DNA of 64,000 nt from Caulobacter sp. (GTDB lineage Bacteria > Pseudomonadota > Alphaproteobacteria > Caulobacterales > Caulobacteraceae): positions 51,368 to 115,367 of the forward strand of contig JAUXTQ010000007.1 in assembly GCA_030678995.1 (NCBI GenBank), written 5' to 3'. Made by a program: the position numbers and the translations under genes. Positions 1-9,442 of this stretch are shown piece after piece (the first letter of the stretch is position 1; every line of letters starts with the position of its first letter). Below the pieces are notes generated by a model. That model was not told where the DNA came from. It saw nothing but the letters and a program-made list of their open reading frames with translations, and did no database searches.

Positions 1-2
1 GC

Positions 3-1133
3 TTCAAGGTCGGTTACGGCCGCCAGCTGGCGCTGAACAACCCGGCCTTCATGGCCGCCAAGCGCCAGGAGGAGACCGCGCTGCGCGCCGCTGTCGCCGC
101 CCGCCCGGACCTGGCGGCCGAGATCGGCGATCCTTGGGCCGAGCTGGCCGAGGTGCAGGTCGCCTACGCCCGCAACTACCTGCCGTATCGCCAGCTGGAA
201 GCCAGCGCCGGGGCCGGCTCGCGCCTGTTCGACCTGGCCCGCACCCTGGTGCGCGCGGCGGAGGAGCGGGCCAGGCCGACCGGCGAGCGCCTGCCGGAAT
301 TCGCCGACAGCCGGCTGCCGATCGTCGAACGGCAGACGACCCGGGCAGCGAAGTTCGAGCCGGAGCTCGAGCAACTGCGGCTGGAGTTCTGGCTGCTCAA
401 GACCCGCGAGTATCTGGCGACCGACCGCGCGGCGCTGGACCTGGTGCTGGGCAAGGAAGGCCCCGAGGGCCTCGCGGAGCGGCTGGTCTCCGGCACAAAG
501 CTGGCTGATCCGGCGGTCCGCAAGGCGCTGTGGGACGGCGGGCTCGAGGCGATCAAGGCCTCCGACGATCCGCTGATCCAGTATGTCCTGCGCATCGACG
601 CCGCCGCCCGCGCCGCGCGCCTGACATGGGAAACCGAGGTCACGGCCCCGACCGACCGCGCCGCCGAAAAGGTCGCCCGGGCCCGCTTCGCGGTCTATGG
701 CGAGAGCGTCTATCCCGACGCCACCTTCACCCTGCGCCTGTCTTACGGGCAGGTGGCCGGCTGGAGCTGGCGCGGCCAGCAGACGGCCCCTTTCACCACC
801 TTCGGCGGCCTGTACGACCGCGCGACGGGGGTCGAGCCCTATGCCCTGGCCCCGCGCTGGATCGCCGCCCAGGGCAGGCTGAACCCGGAAACGGTCTTTG
901 ACTTCACCACCACCAACGACATCATCGGCGGCAATTCCGGCTCGCCGGTGCTCAATGCCAAGGGCGAGGTCATCGGCGCGGCGTTCGACGGCAACATCCA
1001 CAGCATCGCCGGCGCCTACGGCTACGACCCGACCACCAACCGCACCGTGGTGGTGTCCACCGCCGCCATCACCGAAGCCCTGATCAAGGTCTATGGCCGC
1101 GACGCGCTGGTGAAGGAGCTGCTGGGGAAGTAG
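3..1133 (+). CDS. S46 family peptidase (dipeptidyl-peptidase 7-like), 5' truncated by window edge
   Basis: YPDATFTLRLSYG and TTNDIIGGNSGSPV catalytic Ser motif; frame is open from position 3. Confidence 0.9.
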   Translation, partial: FKVGYGRQLALNNPAFMAAKRQEETALRAAVAARPDLAAEIGDPWAELAEVQVAYARNYLPYRQLEASAGAGSRLFDLARTLVRAAEERARPTGERLPEFADSRLPIVERQTTRAAKFEPELEQLRLEFWLLKTREYLATDRAALDLVLGKEGPEGLAERLVSGTKLADPAVRKALWDGGLEAIKASDDPLIQYVLRIDAAARAARLTWETEVTAPTDRAAEKVARARFAVYGESVYPDATFTLRLSYGQVAGWSWRGQQTAPFTTFGGLYDRATGVEPYALAPRWIAAQGRLNPETVFDFTTTNDIIGGNSGSPVLNAKGEVIGAAFDGNIHSIAGAYGYDPTTNRTVVVSTAAITEALIKVYGRDALVKELLGK

Positions 1134-1141
1134 GCCGCCCT

Positions 1142-1259
1142 TGCGTGGTTCGAGACGCGGACCTGACGGTCCGCTCCTCACCATGACGAACAGGGTAGCA
1201 GCCCACCCCTCCACGTCATCCTGAGGAGCGAGCCTCAAGCGAGCGTCTCGAAGGACGCA
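1142..1259. repeat. Palindromic repeat family B, copy 1 (TGCGTGGTTCGAGACG...CGTCTCGAAGGACGCA)
   Basis: Imperfect terminal inverted repeats with internal hairpins; homologous in reverse orientation to 27520-27633 and 42999-43122. Confidence 0.85.
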
Positions 1260-1340
1260 CCGCCCTTGCGCCGCCGCCTCCCTTCGTAGTCAATCGGCGT
1301 CGTGGACGCGGGCGGGGGAGCGGCGTCGCTGGGGGTGCTG

Positions 1341-2621
1341 ATGTTCCGGCTCGAGAACGCGCAAAGCCTGGTCGGCATCGTGGTGACCCTGGTGCTGTGC
1401 TGGGCGGTTTCGGAGGACCGGTCGCGGTTCCCCTGGCGGCTGGCGCTGGGCGCCCTGGCGGTCCAGGTCGGCCTGATCTTCCTGCTGTTCGGCCTGCCGG
1501 CGGCCCGCGGCGTGGTGGCGGGGATCAGCGACGCGGTCGACGGCCTTTCGGCGGCCACGGCCCAGGGCACCCAGTTCGTGTTCGGCTACCTCGGCGGCGG
1601 CGACCAACCCTACGTTCTGGCCGCCGAGCGGGGGCCGTTCGTGTTCGCCTTCCAGGTGCTGCCGCTGATCCTGGTCATCTCGGCCCTGTCGGCCCTGCTG
1701 TGGCACTGGGGCGTCCTGAAGTGGATCATCCGCGGCTTCGGCTTGCTGTTCCAGAAGACCATGGGCATGGGCGGGGCCTCGGCGACGGCGACAGCGGCCA
1801 ACATCTTCGTCGGCATGGTCGAGACGCCGATCATCATCCGCGCCTATCTCGACAAGCTGACCCGGTCGGAACTGTTCATGATGATGGTCGTGGGCCTGGC
1901 CACCGTCGCCGGCTCGACCATGGTCGCCTACGCCACCATCCTGAAGGGCGTGCTGCCCCATGCCGCCGCCCATGTGCTGGTGGCCTCGGTGGTCTCCGCC
2001 CCGGCCGGCGTGCTGCTGGCGCGGATGATCGTGCCGGAGAAGAAGGGCGAGGGCGGGGTCCAGGTCGACTACACCTCGCTGCTGAAATACGAGAGCTCCA
2101 TCGACGCCATCACCAAGGGCGTGGCCGACGGCCTGATGGTGGTGCTCAACATCTCCGCCATCCTGATCGTGTTCGTGGCCCTGGTGGCCATCGGCAACCA
2201 GCTGCTGGGCCTGCTGCCGACCCTGTGGGGCGAGCCGGTGACCATCGAGCGGATCCTCGGCTACGTCTTCGCCCCCCTGGCCTGGTCGCTGGGCATCGAC
2301 TGGGCCGAGGCGGGCAAGGCCGGCTGGCTGCTGGGTGTCAAGCTGATGCTCACCGAGTTCATCGCCTTCATCGAGCTGGGCAATATCCCGGCCGGCGAGA
2401 TGACCGAGCGCACCCGGATGATCATGACCTACGCCCTGTGCGGCTTCGCCAACGTCGGATCGGTCGGGATCACCGTCACCGGCATGGGGGTGCTGATGCC
2501 CGAGCGGCGGGCGGAGGTCATCGGCATGGTCTGGAAGGCCCTGCTGGCCGGTTTCCTGGCCACCTGCATGACCGCCGCCGTGGTCGGCGCCATGCCGCGC
2601 GAACTGTTCGGGATTCTCTAG
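1341..2621 (+). CDS. nupC: NupC/CNT family Na+/H+ nucleoside transporter
   Basis: FAFQVLPLILVISALS, NIFVGMVETP and YALCGFAN motifs; multi-TM; ATG at 1341 chosen as start. Confidence 0.85.
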   Translation: MFRLENAQSLVGIVVTLVLCWAVSEDRSRFPWRLALGALAVQVGLIFLLFGLPAARGVVAGISDAVDGLSAATAQGTQFVFGYLGGGDQPYVLAAERGPFVFAFQVLPLILVISALSALLWHWGVLKWIIRGFGLLFQKTMGMGGASATATAANIFVGMVETPIIIRAYLDKLTRSELFMMMVVGLATVAGSTMVAYATILKGVLPHAAAHVLVASVVSAPAGVLLARMIVPEKKGEGGVQVDYTSLLKYESSIDAITKGVADGLMVVLNISAILIVFVALVAIGNQLLGLLPTLWGEPVTIERILGYVFAPLAWSLGIDWAEAGKAGWLLGVKLMLTEFIAFIELGNIPAGEMTERTRMIMTYALCGFANVGSVGITVTGMGVLMPERRAEVIGMVWKALLAGFLATCMTAAVVGAMPRELFGIL

Positions 2622-2641
2622 GAAAACCAGAGGGAAACGCC

Positions 2642-3271
2642 TTGAAGCTCTATGACAGCCTGAGGGCGCCCAATCCCCGCCGCGTGCGCTGGTTCCTGGC
2701 CGAGAAGGGCGCGGAGGACCAGGTCGAGATCATCGACGTCAGCATTTTCAAGGGCGAGCACCGCCAGCCGGACTATCTGGGCAAGGCGGGGCTGGCCAAT
2801 GTGCCGATGCTGGAGATGGACGACGGAACGGCGATCACCGAGTCGGTGGCAATCTGCCGCTTTCTGGAGAGCGTCTTTCCCGAGCCCAACATGTTCGGCC
2901 GCGATGCAAAGGAGACGGCGATCATCGAGATGTGGTGCCGCCGCACGGAAATGATGCTGGCCACCCCGCTGATGATGACCGTGCGCCACAGCCATCCGGC
3001 GCTGGCGGCCCTCGAAAAGCAGATCCCGGAGATCGCCGAAAGCAACCGCGCCGGCGCGACCCGGACGATCAAGTTCTTCGACCGCCGGCTGGCCGAGAGC
3101 GAGTTCATCGCCGGCGACCGGATCACCATGGCCGACATCCTCGCCGCCACGGCGATCGACTTTTCGCGCATGGCCAAGTTCTCGATCCCCGAGGAGATGG
3201 CCAACGCCACGCGCTGGTACGCTGCCATGATGGCCCGGCCTGCGGCCCTGGCCGGGACAGTGGCGGCGTGA
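2642..3271 (+). CDS. Glutathione S-transferase family protein
   Basis: APNPRRVR, VPMLEMDDG..ITESVAI and ITMADI motifs; TTG start after a GAGGG RBS. Confidence 0.88.
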   Translation: MKLYDSLRAPNPRRVRWFLAEKGAEDQVEIIDVSIFKGEHRQPDYLGKAGLANVPMLEMDDGTAITESVAICRFLESVFPEPNMFGRDAKETAIIEMWCRRTEMMLATPLMMTVRHSHPALAALEKQIPEIAESNRAGATRTIKFFDRRLAESEFIAGDRITMADILAATAIDFSRMAKFSIPEEMANATRWYAAMMARPAALAGTVAA

Positions 3272-3735
3272 TGCGCGCGCTGGTTCTTGCTCTCGCCCTG
3301 GTGTTGGCTCCGGCCCTGGCGCTGGCCCAGACGCTCTCCGTGACCAATGCCGAGGGCAAGGAGACGGTCTTCACTCCTGACAGCCTGGCGGCCCTGCCGC
3401 GGGCGCAGGCGAAACTGGGCGGCAAGGCGGCCTATGACGGGGTGCAGCTGAGCGCCATCCTGCGCGAGGCCGGGGTGGCCCAGGGCCCGCGCCTGCACGG
3501 CAAGCCGATGCAGGCCTTCGTGGTGGTCACCGGCAAGGACGGCTACCGCGCGATCCTGTCCATCGCCGAGGTCGACCCCAGCTTCCGCGAGGCGCCCGTC
3601 ATCCTCGCTGACCGCCGCGAGGCCGGCCCGCTGGCGGCGGAGGAGGGCCCCTGGCGCCTGGTCATCAGCGACGACGCCCGCCCCGACCGCGGCGTGCGGC
3701 AGGTGGAGTCGATCAAGGTGGTGATTGCGCCGTAG
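3271..3735 (+). CDS. Secreted molybdopterin-oxidoreductase-like domain protein
   Basis: Signal peptide; YDGV.L..IL, G.DGY and EGPWRLV..D.RP.R.VRQV pattern; TGATG overlap with the GST gene. Confidence 0.65.
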   Translation: MRALVLALALVLAPALALAQTLSVTNAEGKETVFTPDSLAALPRAQAKLGGKAAYDGVQLSAILREAGVAQGPRLHGKPMQAFVVVTGKDGYRAILSIAEVDPSFREAPVILADRREAGPLAAEEGPWRLVISDDARPDRGVRQVESIKVVIAP

Positions 3736-3783
3736 GCAGGATTGCGGCGTATCGCCAACGGACGGGGCCGAAATTCACGAAAG

Positions 3784-3935
3784 CCCTCCTCCTCGATGGA
3801 GGAGGGTTGGGTGGTGGTGTGGTCGCGGTGTCCGGGCGAGAGGCGCTGTAGGGCGCCGGCGCCCTATGGGCTCTTCGCATTCTGCCATCGCATACACCAC
3901 CATCTCCGACCCTTCCTCCATCGAGGAGGAAGGGG
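3784..3935. repeat. Palindromic repeat family A (CCTCC(C)-stem ends), divergent copy 1
   Basis: CCCTCCTCCTCGATGGAGGAGGGTTGG...CCGACCCTTCCTCCATCGAGGAGGAAGGG inverted ends. Confidence 0.75.
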
Positions 3936-3993
3936 GAAGGCGCCAGGCGCGCTCGTTGGGTTAAGCAGCGAATCTCTGCCTAGCCGCGCGGCC

Positions 3994-4101
3994 TCAGGCC
4001 CAGTTCAGGCTATGAACGGCCGGCGCGGCGATCATCAGGACCACGGCAGCGAGCGTGCTTGCGGCCGACAGGGTGAGGGTGATCAGGGTCTTCATGTCCA
4101 T
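3994..4101 (-). CDS. Putative 35-aa single-TM small protein (MDMKTLITLTLSAASTLAAVVLMIAAPAVHSLNWA)
   Basis: Manual translation; GAGAG just upstream; GC-rich third positions; hydrophobic core; below the ORF-track cutoff. Confidence 0.5.
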   Translation of the reverse strand: MDMKTLITLTLSAASTLAAVVLMIAAPAVHSLNWA

Positions 4102-4208
4102 CTCTCGAATAACGGAGATGGTCATTGGCAGGGCCCGGCGCCAGTGGCGACTTAAGCTTCTGTCACCTGGATTAAGCTTGAGTCAGGGTCCTGCGGGGCA
4201 GGCTCATG

Positions 4209-4661
4209 TCAGAGCCGCCGCGCGACCTTCTTGATGACGCCCGAGAAGCTCATCATCGGCGACCCGCCGGTCGAGATCAGGCCGCGGATGAAGACCATCG
4301 ACTTGCCGGCCTTGACCACCTCGCCCGTGGCCTCGACCAGGTCGCCTTCGTGCGCGGGACCGACGAACTCGCCGTTCAGGCTGACGGTCACCGCATGGCT
4401 GTCCTTGAGATGTTCGTCGGCCAGGGAGAACAGGGCGAAGTCGGCGAAGGTCAGCATGCAGCCGCCGTGCATGAAGCCGCCGCCGTTCATGTGCTTGCGC
4501 TCGGCCCGGAAGGCGCAGCGGATGGCGCCGTCCTCTTCCGTGCGGAAGTAGTAGGGCCCCGACTGCGTCTCGAACGGGTCGCCGGTCCAGCTCCGCCAGC
4601 CGGCCCACTCGCCCTCGGTGATCAGTTTCGGCCCGTGGGAGATTTCGTTGCCGCCGTCCAT
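4209..4661 (-). CDS. PaaI family (hot-dog) thioesterase
   Basis: HMNGGGFMHGGCMLTFAD motif. Confidence 0.88.
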   Translation of the reverse strand: MDGGNEISHGPKLITEGEWAGWRSWTGDPFETQSGPYYFRTEEDGAIRCAFRAERKHMNGGGFMHGGCMLTFADFALFSLADEHLKDSHAVTVSLNGEFVGPAHEGDLVEATGEVVKAGKSMVFIRGLISTGGSPMMSFSGVIKKVARRL

Positions 4662-4728
4662 GCCCTGCTCCTCGATGGTGCAAGGCTGATAGGCGAGGGC
4701 GGGCGGGGGCTCAAGCCCGCGGCTCAAT

Positions 4729-4768
4729 GGGGACACACACTCATTTGCCCGCAAATGAGTGTGTCCCC
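4729..4768. repeat. GGGGACA...TGTCCCC palindrome (family D)
   Basis: GGGGACACACACTCATTTGC-cc-GCAAATGAGTGTGTCCCC. Confidence 0.7.
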
Positions 4769-4819
4769 AATTTCCGAGGCGTCTGTCCCGATTTACGTTT
4801 CTCCTCTATTTCACGCCGC

Positions 4820-5059
4820 ATGACCTCGCCCATTGAAGACGCCATCCTCGACCTGCTGAAGGCCTTGCCGCCGGGCAAAAGCATCGACCCGTCGGAGGTG
4901 GCCAAGATCATCCAGCCCGAGCGCTGGCAGCGGGTGCTGGGCCAGGTGCGGTCGACCGCCGTGGGCATGGCCCGGGCGGGGACGGTGGTGATCACCCGCC
5001 ACGGCAAGCCGGCGGACCCGGACAGCTTCCGGGGCGTTTACCGGCTTCGTCTGCCGTAG
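4820..5059 (+). CDS. DUF3253-like small winged-helix protein
   Basis: SIDPSEVAK...ITRHGKPADP..FRGVYRLRL pattern. Confidence 0.75.
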   Translation: MTSPIEDAILDLLKALPPGKSIDPSEVAKIIQPERWQRVLGQVRSTAVGMARAGTVVITRHGKPADPDSFRGVYRLRLP

Positions 5060-5106
5060 CCCGGGCGACCCTTTCTTCGCCGGACTGTCGCGGGCATGCT
5101 GGCGGC

Positions 5107-6117
5107 ATGAACCGACGCCTCTTCCTGCTGTCCGCCGCCGCCCTGGCCGGCTGCGCGCCCACGGTCCAGCTGGCCGGCTCGCCGGGCGCGGGCTTTGCGG
5201 GGCCGCGGCTGGAGGCGGACGTCTTCGTCAGCTTCGACGGCGCGCGACTGGGCCTGACCCGCTGGATGACCGATGGCGAGCCGGCGGTCGTGGTGGTCGC
5301 CCTGCACGGCATGAACGACTACGCCAACGCCTTCCATTTCGCCGCGCCGGTCTGGGCGGGGCAGGGGATCGCCACCTACGCCTTCGACCAGCGGGGCTTC
5401 GGCCGCTCGCCGCAGCGGGGGGTCTGGGGCGGCGAGGCGCTGATGGTCGAGGACCTGCGGGTCTGCGTGAGCCTGGTGCGCCGGCGCCATCCGGCCGCCG
5501 CGGTCGTGGTCGCCGGGGAGAGCATGGGCGGGGCCGTGGCCATCGCCGCCTTCGCCTCGGACCGCCCGCCCGCCGCCGACCGGCTGGTGCTGATGGCCCC
5601 GGCCGTCTGGGGCTGGTCCAGTCAGCCGCTGCCCTACAGGACCGCCCTGTGGTTTACCGCCCATCTGGCCGGCGAGACGGTGCTGCGGCCGCCCGGCTGG
5701 GTCACCGACCGGGTCCACCCCAGCGACAACTACGAGGAGCTGGTGGCCATGGGCCGCGATCCGCTGATGATCTGGGGCGCGCGCAACGACACCCTCTATG
5801 GCCTGGTCGATCTGATGCAGTCGGCCTGGGCGGGGATCGGCCGGGTGAGCGTCCCGGTGGGCTATTTCTACGGCGCCAATGACGAGGTCATTCCGAAAAA
5901 GCCGAGCTTCGAGGCCGCCGGCCGGTTGAAGCCCACGGACCGCACGGCCTGGTACGCGAACGGCTACCATCTGCTGATCCGCGATCATCAGCGGGACCGG
6001 GTGATCGCTGACGTCGCGGCCTTCATCCTCGACCCCAAGGCGCCCTTGCCGTCGGGGCCGCCGGCCATTCCCGCGCCGCCGCGCCGCGGCGCCCGCAGGG
6101 CCATTTCCGGGTTGTAG
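5107..6117 (+). CDS. Alpha/beta hydrolase (lysophospholipase-like) lipoprotein
   Basis: RR + LAGC signal; HGMND, DQRGFG and GESMG nucleophile motifs. Confidence 0.85.
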   Translation: MNRRLFLLSAAALAGCAPTVQLAGSPGAGFAGPRLEADVFVSFDGARLGLTRWMTDGEPAVVVVALHGMNDYANAFHFAAPVWAGQGIATYAFDQRGFGRSPQRGVWGGEALMVEDLRVCVSLVRRRHPAAAVVVAGESMGGAVAIAAFASDRPPAADRLVLMAPAVWGWSSQPLPYRTALWFTAHLAGETVLRPPGWVTDRVHPSDNYEELVAMGRDPLMIWGARNDTLYGLVDLMQSAWAGIGRVSVPVGYFYGANDEVIPKKPSFEAAGRLKPTDRTAWYANGYHLLIRDHQRDRVIADVAAFILDPKAPLPSGPPAIPAPPRRGARRAISGL

Positions 6118-6178
6118 GGGAGGCGGACGGAGCGTAAACCCGCCGGCACATTTATCCCCAGTTTGACCGGACCCCGGC

Positions 6179-7255
6179 ATGTCTATTTTCGATTCGGCCG
6201 CCTTTGAGAACCACGAGGGCGTCCATGCGGTCTTCGACGAAATGACCGGCCTGAGGTCGATCATCGCCATTCACTCCACCGCGCGGGGTCCCGCCGCGGG
6301 CGGCTGCCGCATGTGGCCCTACGAAACCGACGACGCGGCGTTGACCGATGCGCTGAAGCTGTCGCGGGCCATGTCCTACAAGAACGCCATGGCCGACATC
6401 CCCCTGGGCGGGGGCAAGGCGGTGATCATCGGCGACTCCCGCACCGACAAGACGCCGGCCCTGTTCGAGGCCTTCGGCCGCGCGGTCGAGGGCCTTGGCG
6501 GCCAATACTGGACGGCCGAGGACGTCGGCGTCTCGGTGGCCGACATGGTCCACGCCCGCAGGCAGACCCGCTATGTCGCCGGCCTCGAGGGCCATCCGGC
6601 GGCCTCCGGCGATCCCAGCCCGGTGACCGCCGAGGGCGTGTTCCGCGGCGTGCGCCTGTGCGTCGAGCGCGCCTACGGCCGCGACCTGAAGGGCGTCACC
6701 GTCGCCATCCAGGGCGTCGGTCACGTGGGCGCGAACCTGGCGGAGAAGCTGGCCGCCGCCGGCGCTCATCTGATCATCACCGACGTCAACGAGGCCGCCC
6801 TGGCCCAGGTCGCGGCCCGCACCGGCGCGACCATCGTGCCGCCGGCGGCGATCTTCGATGTCGAGGCGGAGGTGTTCGCGCCCTGCGCCCTTGGCGGGGC
6901 CGTCAACGCCGACAGCCTGGCCCGGCTGACGGGCCGGGTCGTGGCGGGCGGGGCCAACAACCAGCTGGCCACGCCGCAGATCGGCCGGCTGCTGTTCGAC
7001 AAGGGCATGCTCTACGCCCCCGACTATGTGATCAACGGTGGCGGCATCATCAATGTGGCCGCCGAGATCGCCGCCATCGAGGCCGGGACGGCCTTCGACC
7101 CCGATTGGGTCGAGGCCAGGCTCGACCGGCTGATGATCACCCTGGGCGAGGTCCTCGACCGGTCGCTGGCCGAGAAGCGTCCGACCCACGAGGTCGCCGA
7201 TGAGATGGCCAAGGCCCGCATCGCCGGCGCCCAGGCGGCCCGCAAGGCCGCCTAG
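6179..7255 (+). CDS. Leu/Phe/Val dehydrogenase
   Basis: GGCRM, LGGGKAVI, AEDVG, QGVGHVG, GGANNQL and PDYVINGGG motifs. Confidence 0.92.
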   Translation: MSIFDSAAFENHEGVHAVFDEMTGLRSIIAIHSTARGPAAGGCRMWPYETDDAALTDALKLSRAMSYKNAMADIPLGGGKAVIIGDSRTDKTPALFEAFGRAVEGLGGQYWTAEDVGVSVADMVHARRQTRYVAGLEGHPAASGDPSPVTAEGVFRGVRLCVERAYGRDLKGVTVAIQGVGHVGANLAEKLAAAGAHLIITDVNEAALAQVAARTGATIVPPAAIFDVEAEVFAPCALGGAVNADSLARLTGRVVAGGANNQLATPQIGRLLFDKGMLYAPDYVINGGGIINVAAEIAAIEAGTAFDPDWVEARLDRLMITLGEVLDRSLAEKRPTHEVADEMAKARIAGAQAARKAA

Positions 7256-7352
7256 CGTCGATGACCGGCCGGGTCTAGGCTCGTCCGAACCGCGCGCCGG
7301 ACGACGCCAGGGTGGCGAAGGTCTGGACCCGCGGCCAGGGGGAGTCGGGCCG

Positions 7353-7871
7353 ATGTTGTCGGAACACCAGCAACGAATGGTGGCGCTGTTCGATCAACAC
7401 GTCGGCGCCGAACTCGAGGGCGACCTCGACACCACGATGGCCACGATGGGGGAAAACCCGCATCTGAACCACGTCCCGACCATGGCCGGCGGCGTCGGCA
7501 AGGACGGGGTTCGCGCCTTCTACCGTGACCATCTTGTCGGCAAGTTCTTTCCGCCCGACGTGGAGATGGTCAGCATTTCCCGTACGGTCGGGGAAGACCA
7601 GGTGGTCGATGAGTTCTTTATCAGCTTCACCCACACAACCACGATTGACTGGCTGTTGCCGGGCGTCGCGCCCACCGGCAGGTCGGTCGAGATGGCCGTC
7701 GCCGTGATCGTCGGCTTCAAGGACGGCAAGATCTCCCACGAACACATCTACTGGGATCAAGCTGGCGTGCTTGTGCAGGTCGGCTTGCTCGACCCGAGTG
7801 GGTTGCCGGTCACCGGCGCCGAGAGCGCGCGCAAGGTGCGGGACCCGACGCTGCCCTCTCGCGTCTACTGA
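7353..7871 (+). CDS. SnoaL-like / ester cyclase family protein
   Basis: NHVPTMAGG, FTHT..IDWLLPGVAPTG and HEHIYWDQA motifs. Confidence 0.8.
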   Translation: MLSEHQQRMVALFDQHVGAELEGDLDTTMATMGENPHLNHVPTMAGGVGKDGVRAFYRDHLVGKFFPPDVEMVSISRTVGEDQVVDEFFISFTHTTTIDWLLPGVAPTGRSVEMAVAVIVGFKDGKISHEHIYWDQAGVLVQVGLLDPSGLPVTGAESARKVRDPTLPSRVY

Positions 7872-8027
7872 CCGCCGCGATGGTCTGGTCCCGCCGCTTG
7901 TCCCGGTCTGGCCTCATCCTTGGTTGACATGTCGCCAGGGCCTTGGCGGCAGTGAGGCCTTCCAGAGCCGATTGCTCCCGCTTTGGCGGGGACAATCGGA
8001 TATCTGGCCGATGACTGCCGACTGGAC

Positions 8028-8936
8028 CTACCGGGCGCGGGGCAGGCGCTGTTCGTAGCGCGGCTGGGCCGGCGGCTTGCCGCTGACCGAGAAGGTGACG
8101 CCCAGAATCGTGTCCTCGCGCGAGACGCCGTAGGCGCTGATCTCGCGACGGGCGGCGCTGACCGACACCTGCTGGGCGCCCCTGCGCCAGCCGATGCCCA
8201 GCTGGGCCTTGCCGAACTCGGCCAGCTGCTCGACGGACCAGCCGGCGGGCCGCCAGCCGCGCAGCGGGTCGCGGACCAGGTTGAGCCCGAAGGCCTCGCC
8301 AGAGCCGGCGGCGAAGACGAACCAGCGACCCTTTTTGCGCACGGAGTCGCTGGGGCCGATGCGCAGGGTCAGGCGCTTGACGTCGAACACCGGTCGGCCC
8401 GACCGGACGATGGCCAGGGGCTCGCTGAAGACGCTGGAGCTGACGTCCAGGCCGGAGCCGGGCGCGGCCATGTTCTGGTCGCTGATCGTCAGGTCGATGC
8501 GGGGGGCGGCGGTGTAGGCCTGCGGCCGGGCCGCGGGCGCCCAGGACACCCGTGACAGTGGCACCGCCGCCGCGCCTGTTGGCGCCGGGCCGGAAAGCCT
8601 CGAGTCGAGCACCGCGACCTGCCGCTGTTCCGGTGAGGGGGCGTTGGGGCGGGAGAGCAGGATCGGTTCGGGCGCCGCGGCGGCGACCTGGGCCGGGCCT
8701 CCGGCCAGTTCCACCGGCGCCGCGTCCTCGGCCCAGCGGCCGGTCCGGATCGGAGCGTCGGGATCGTCGCTCACCCGGGCGGCGGAGCCACTGAAGGCCG
8801 CTTCCATATCGGCGCCGGCGAGAAGTGACTCGGAGGACAGGCCGTCGGTGGCCGCGCTCATGCTCGAGGCCGAACTGAGGACAGCCGCCCCCAGCGTCGT
8901 GGCCGCAAACACCGCCGTGGCCTTCAGTGCGCGCAT
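8028..8936 (-). CDS. Exported hypothetical protein with beta-strand-rich C-terminal domain (possibly LpxR-like)
   Basis: Signal-like N-terminus; Ala/Pro-rich linker; amphipathic beta strands (GRWFVFAAGSGEAFGLNL, AQLGIGWR). Confidence 0.6.
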   Translation of the reverse strand: MRALKATAVFAATTLGAAVLSSASSMSAATDGLSSESLLAGADMEAAFSGSAARVSDDPDAPIRTGRWAEDAAPVELAGGPAQVAAAAPEPILLSRPNAPSPEQRQVAVLDSRLSGPAPTGAAAVPLSRVSWAPAARPQAYTAAPRIDLTISDQNMAAPGSGLDVSSSVFSEPLAIVRSGRPVFDVKRLTLRIGPSDSVRKKGRWFVFAAGSGEAFGLNLVRDPLRGWRPAGWSVEQLAEFGKAQLGIGWRRGAQQVSVSAARREISAYGVSREDTILGVTFSVSGKPPAQPRYEQRLPRAR

Positions 8937-9091
8937 GGCGCCGGACCTCTAACCCCTACTCCCGCACAACGAAGGTTAACGAATGGGCGGACCGGCGCAA
9001 GTCTGCTCGCGAGGCGGGCGAGGTACAAGCGGTGCATAACCCCCGGAAACAGCAGCCCGTTTCGGGTTTCGAGACTTGGCTTGGTCGCCCG

Positions 9092-9442
9092 TCAAGGCAG
9101 CGGGTGGACGTAGACCTCGTTCCAGCCGATCCGGTCGCCGTCGAACTCCACCAGGTCGAAACCGCGCATGCGGGTCTCGCCGTCCGGGCCGGCAATGGTG
9201 CAATACCACCGGCCGCAGAAGCCGTTATCGATGGCCCAGACCGTCTCCGGCGCATAGCGCATCGGCGGCGTCGCGGCGAACAGACCGGTCAGATAGGCCC
9301 TCAGGGCGTCGTGGCCGACGATGCCGCCGGCGGTCTGCGGATCCTTGTAGGTGCAGCCCGGCGCATAGAAGCCGATCAGGGCCTCGACGTCCTTGGCGGT
9401 CCAGGCGGCCAACCAGCGGCGGTTGAAATCCTCAATGTTCAT
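9092..9442 (-). CDS. NTF2/SnoaL-like protein
   Basis: WLAAW..KDV, Y.DP, GHDALRAY pattern; overlaps the stop codon of the upstream gene. Confidence 0.8.
   Translation of the reverse strand: MNIEDFNRRWLAAWTAKDVEALIGFYAPGCTYKDPQTAGGIVGHDALRAYLTGLFAATPPMRYAPETVWAIDNGFCGRWYCTIAGPDGETRMRGFDLVEFDGDRIGWNEVYVHPLP

Noticed and set aside
1397-3271. Apparent 624-aa fusion ORF ending in a GST domain
   Set aside because: The N-terminal 415 codons are an alternative frame over nupC; the GST has its own RBS and TTG start at 2642.
8965-8995. CtrA-like TTAAC half-sites (also ~58125)
   Set aside because: Only half of TTAA-N7-TTAA is present; insufficient to call a site.
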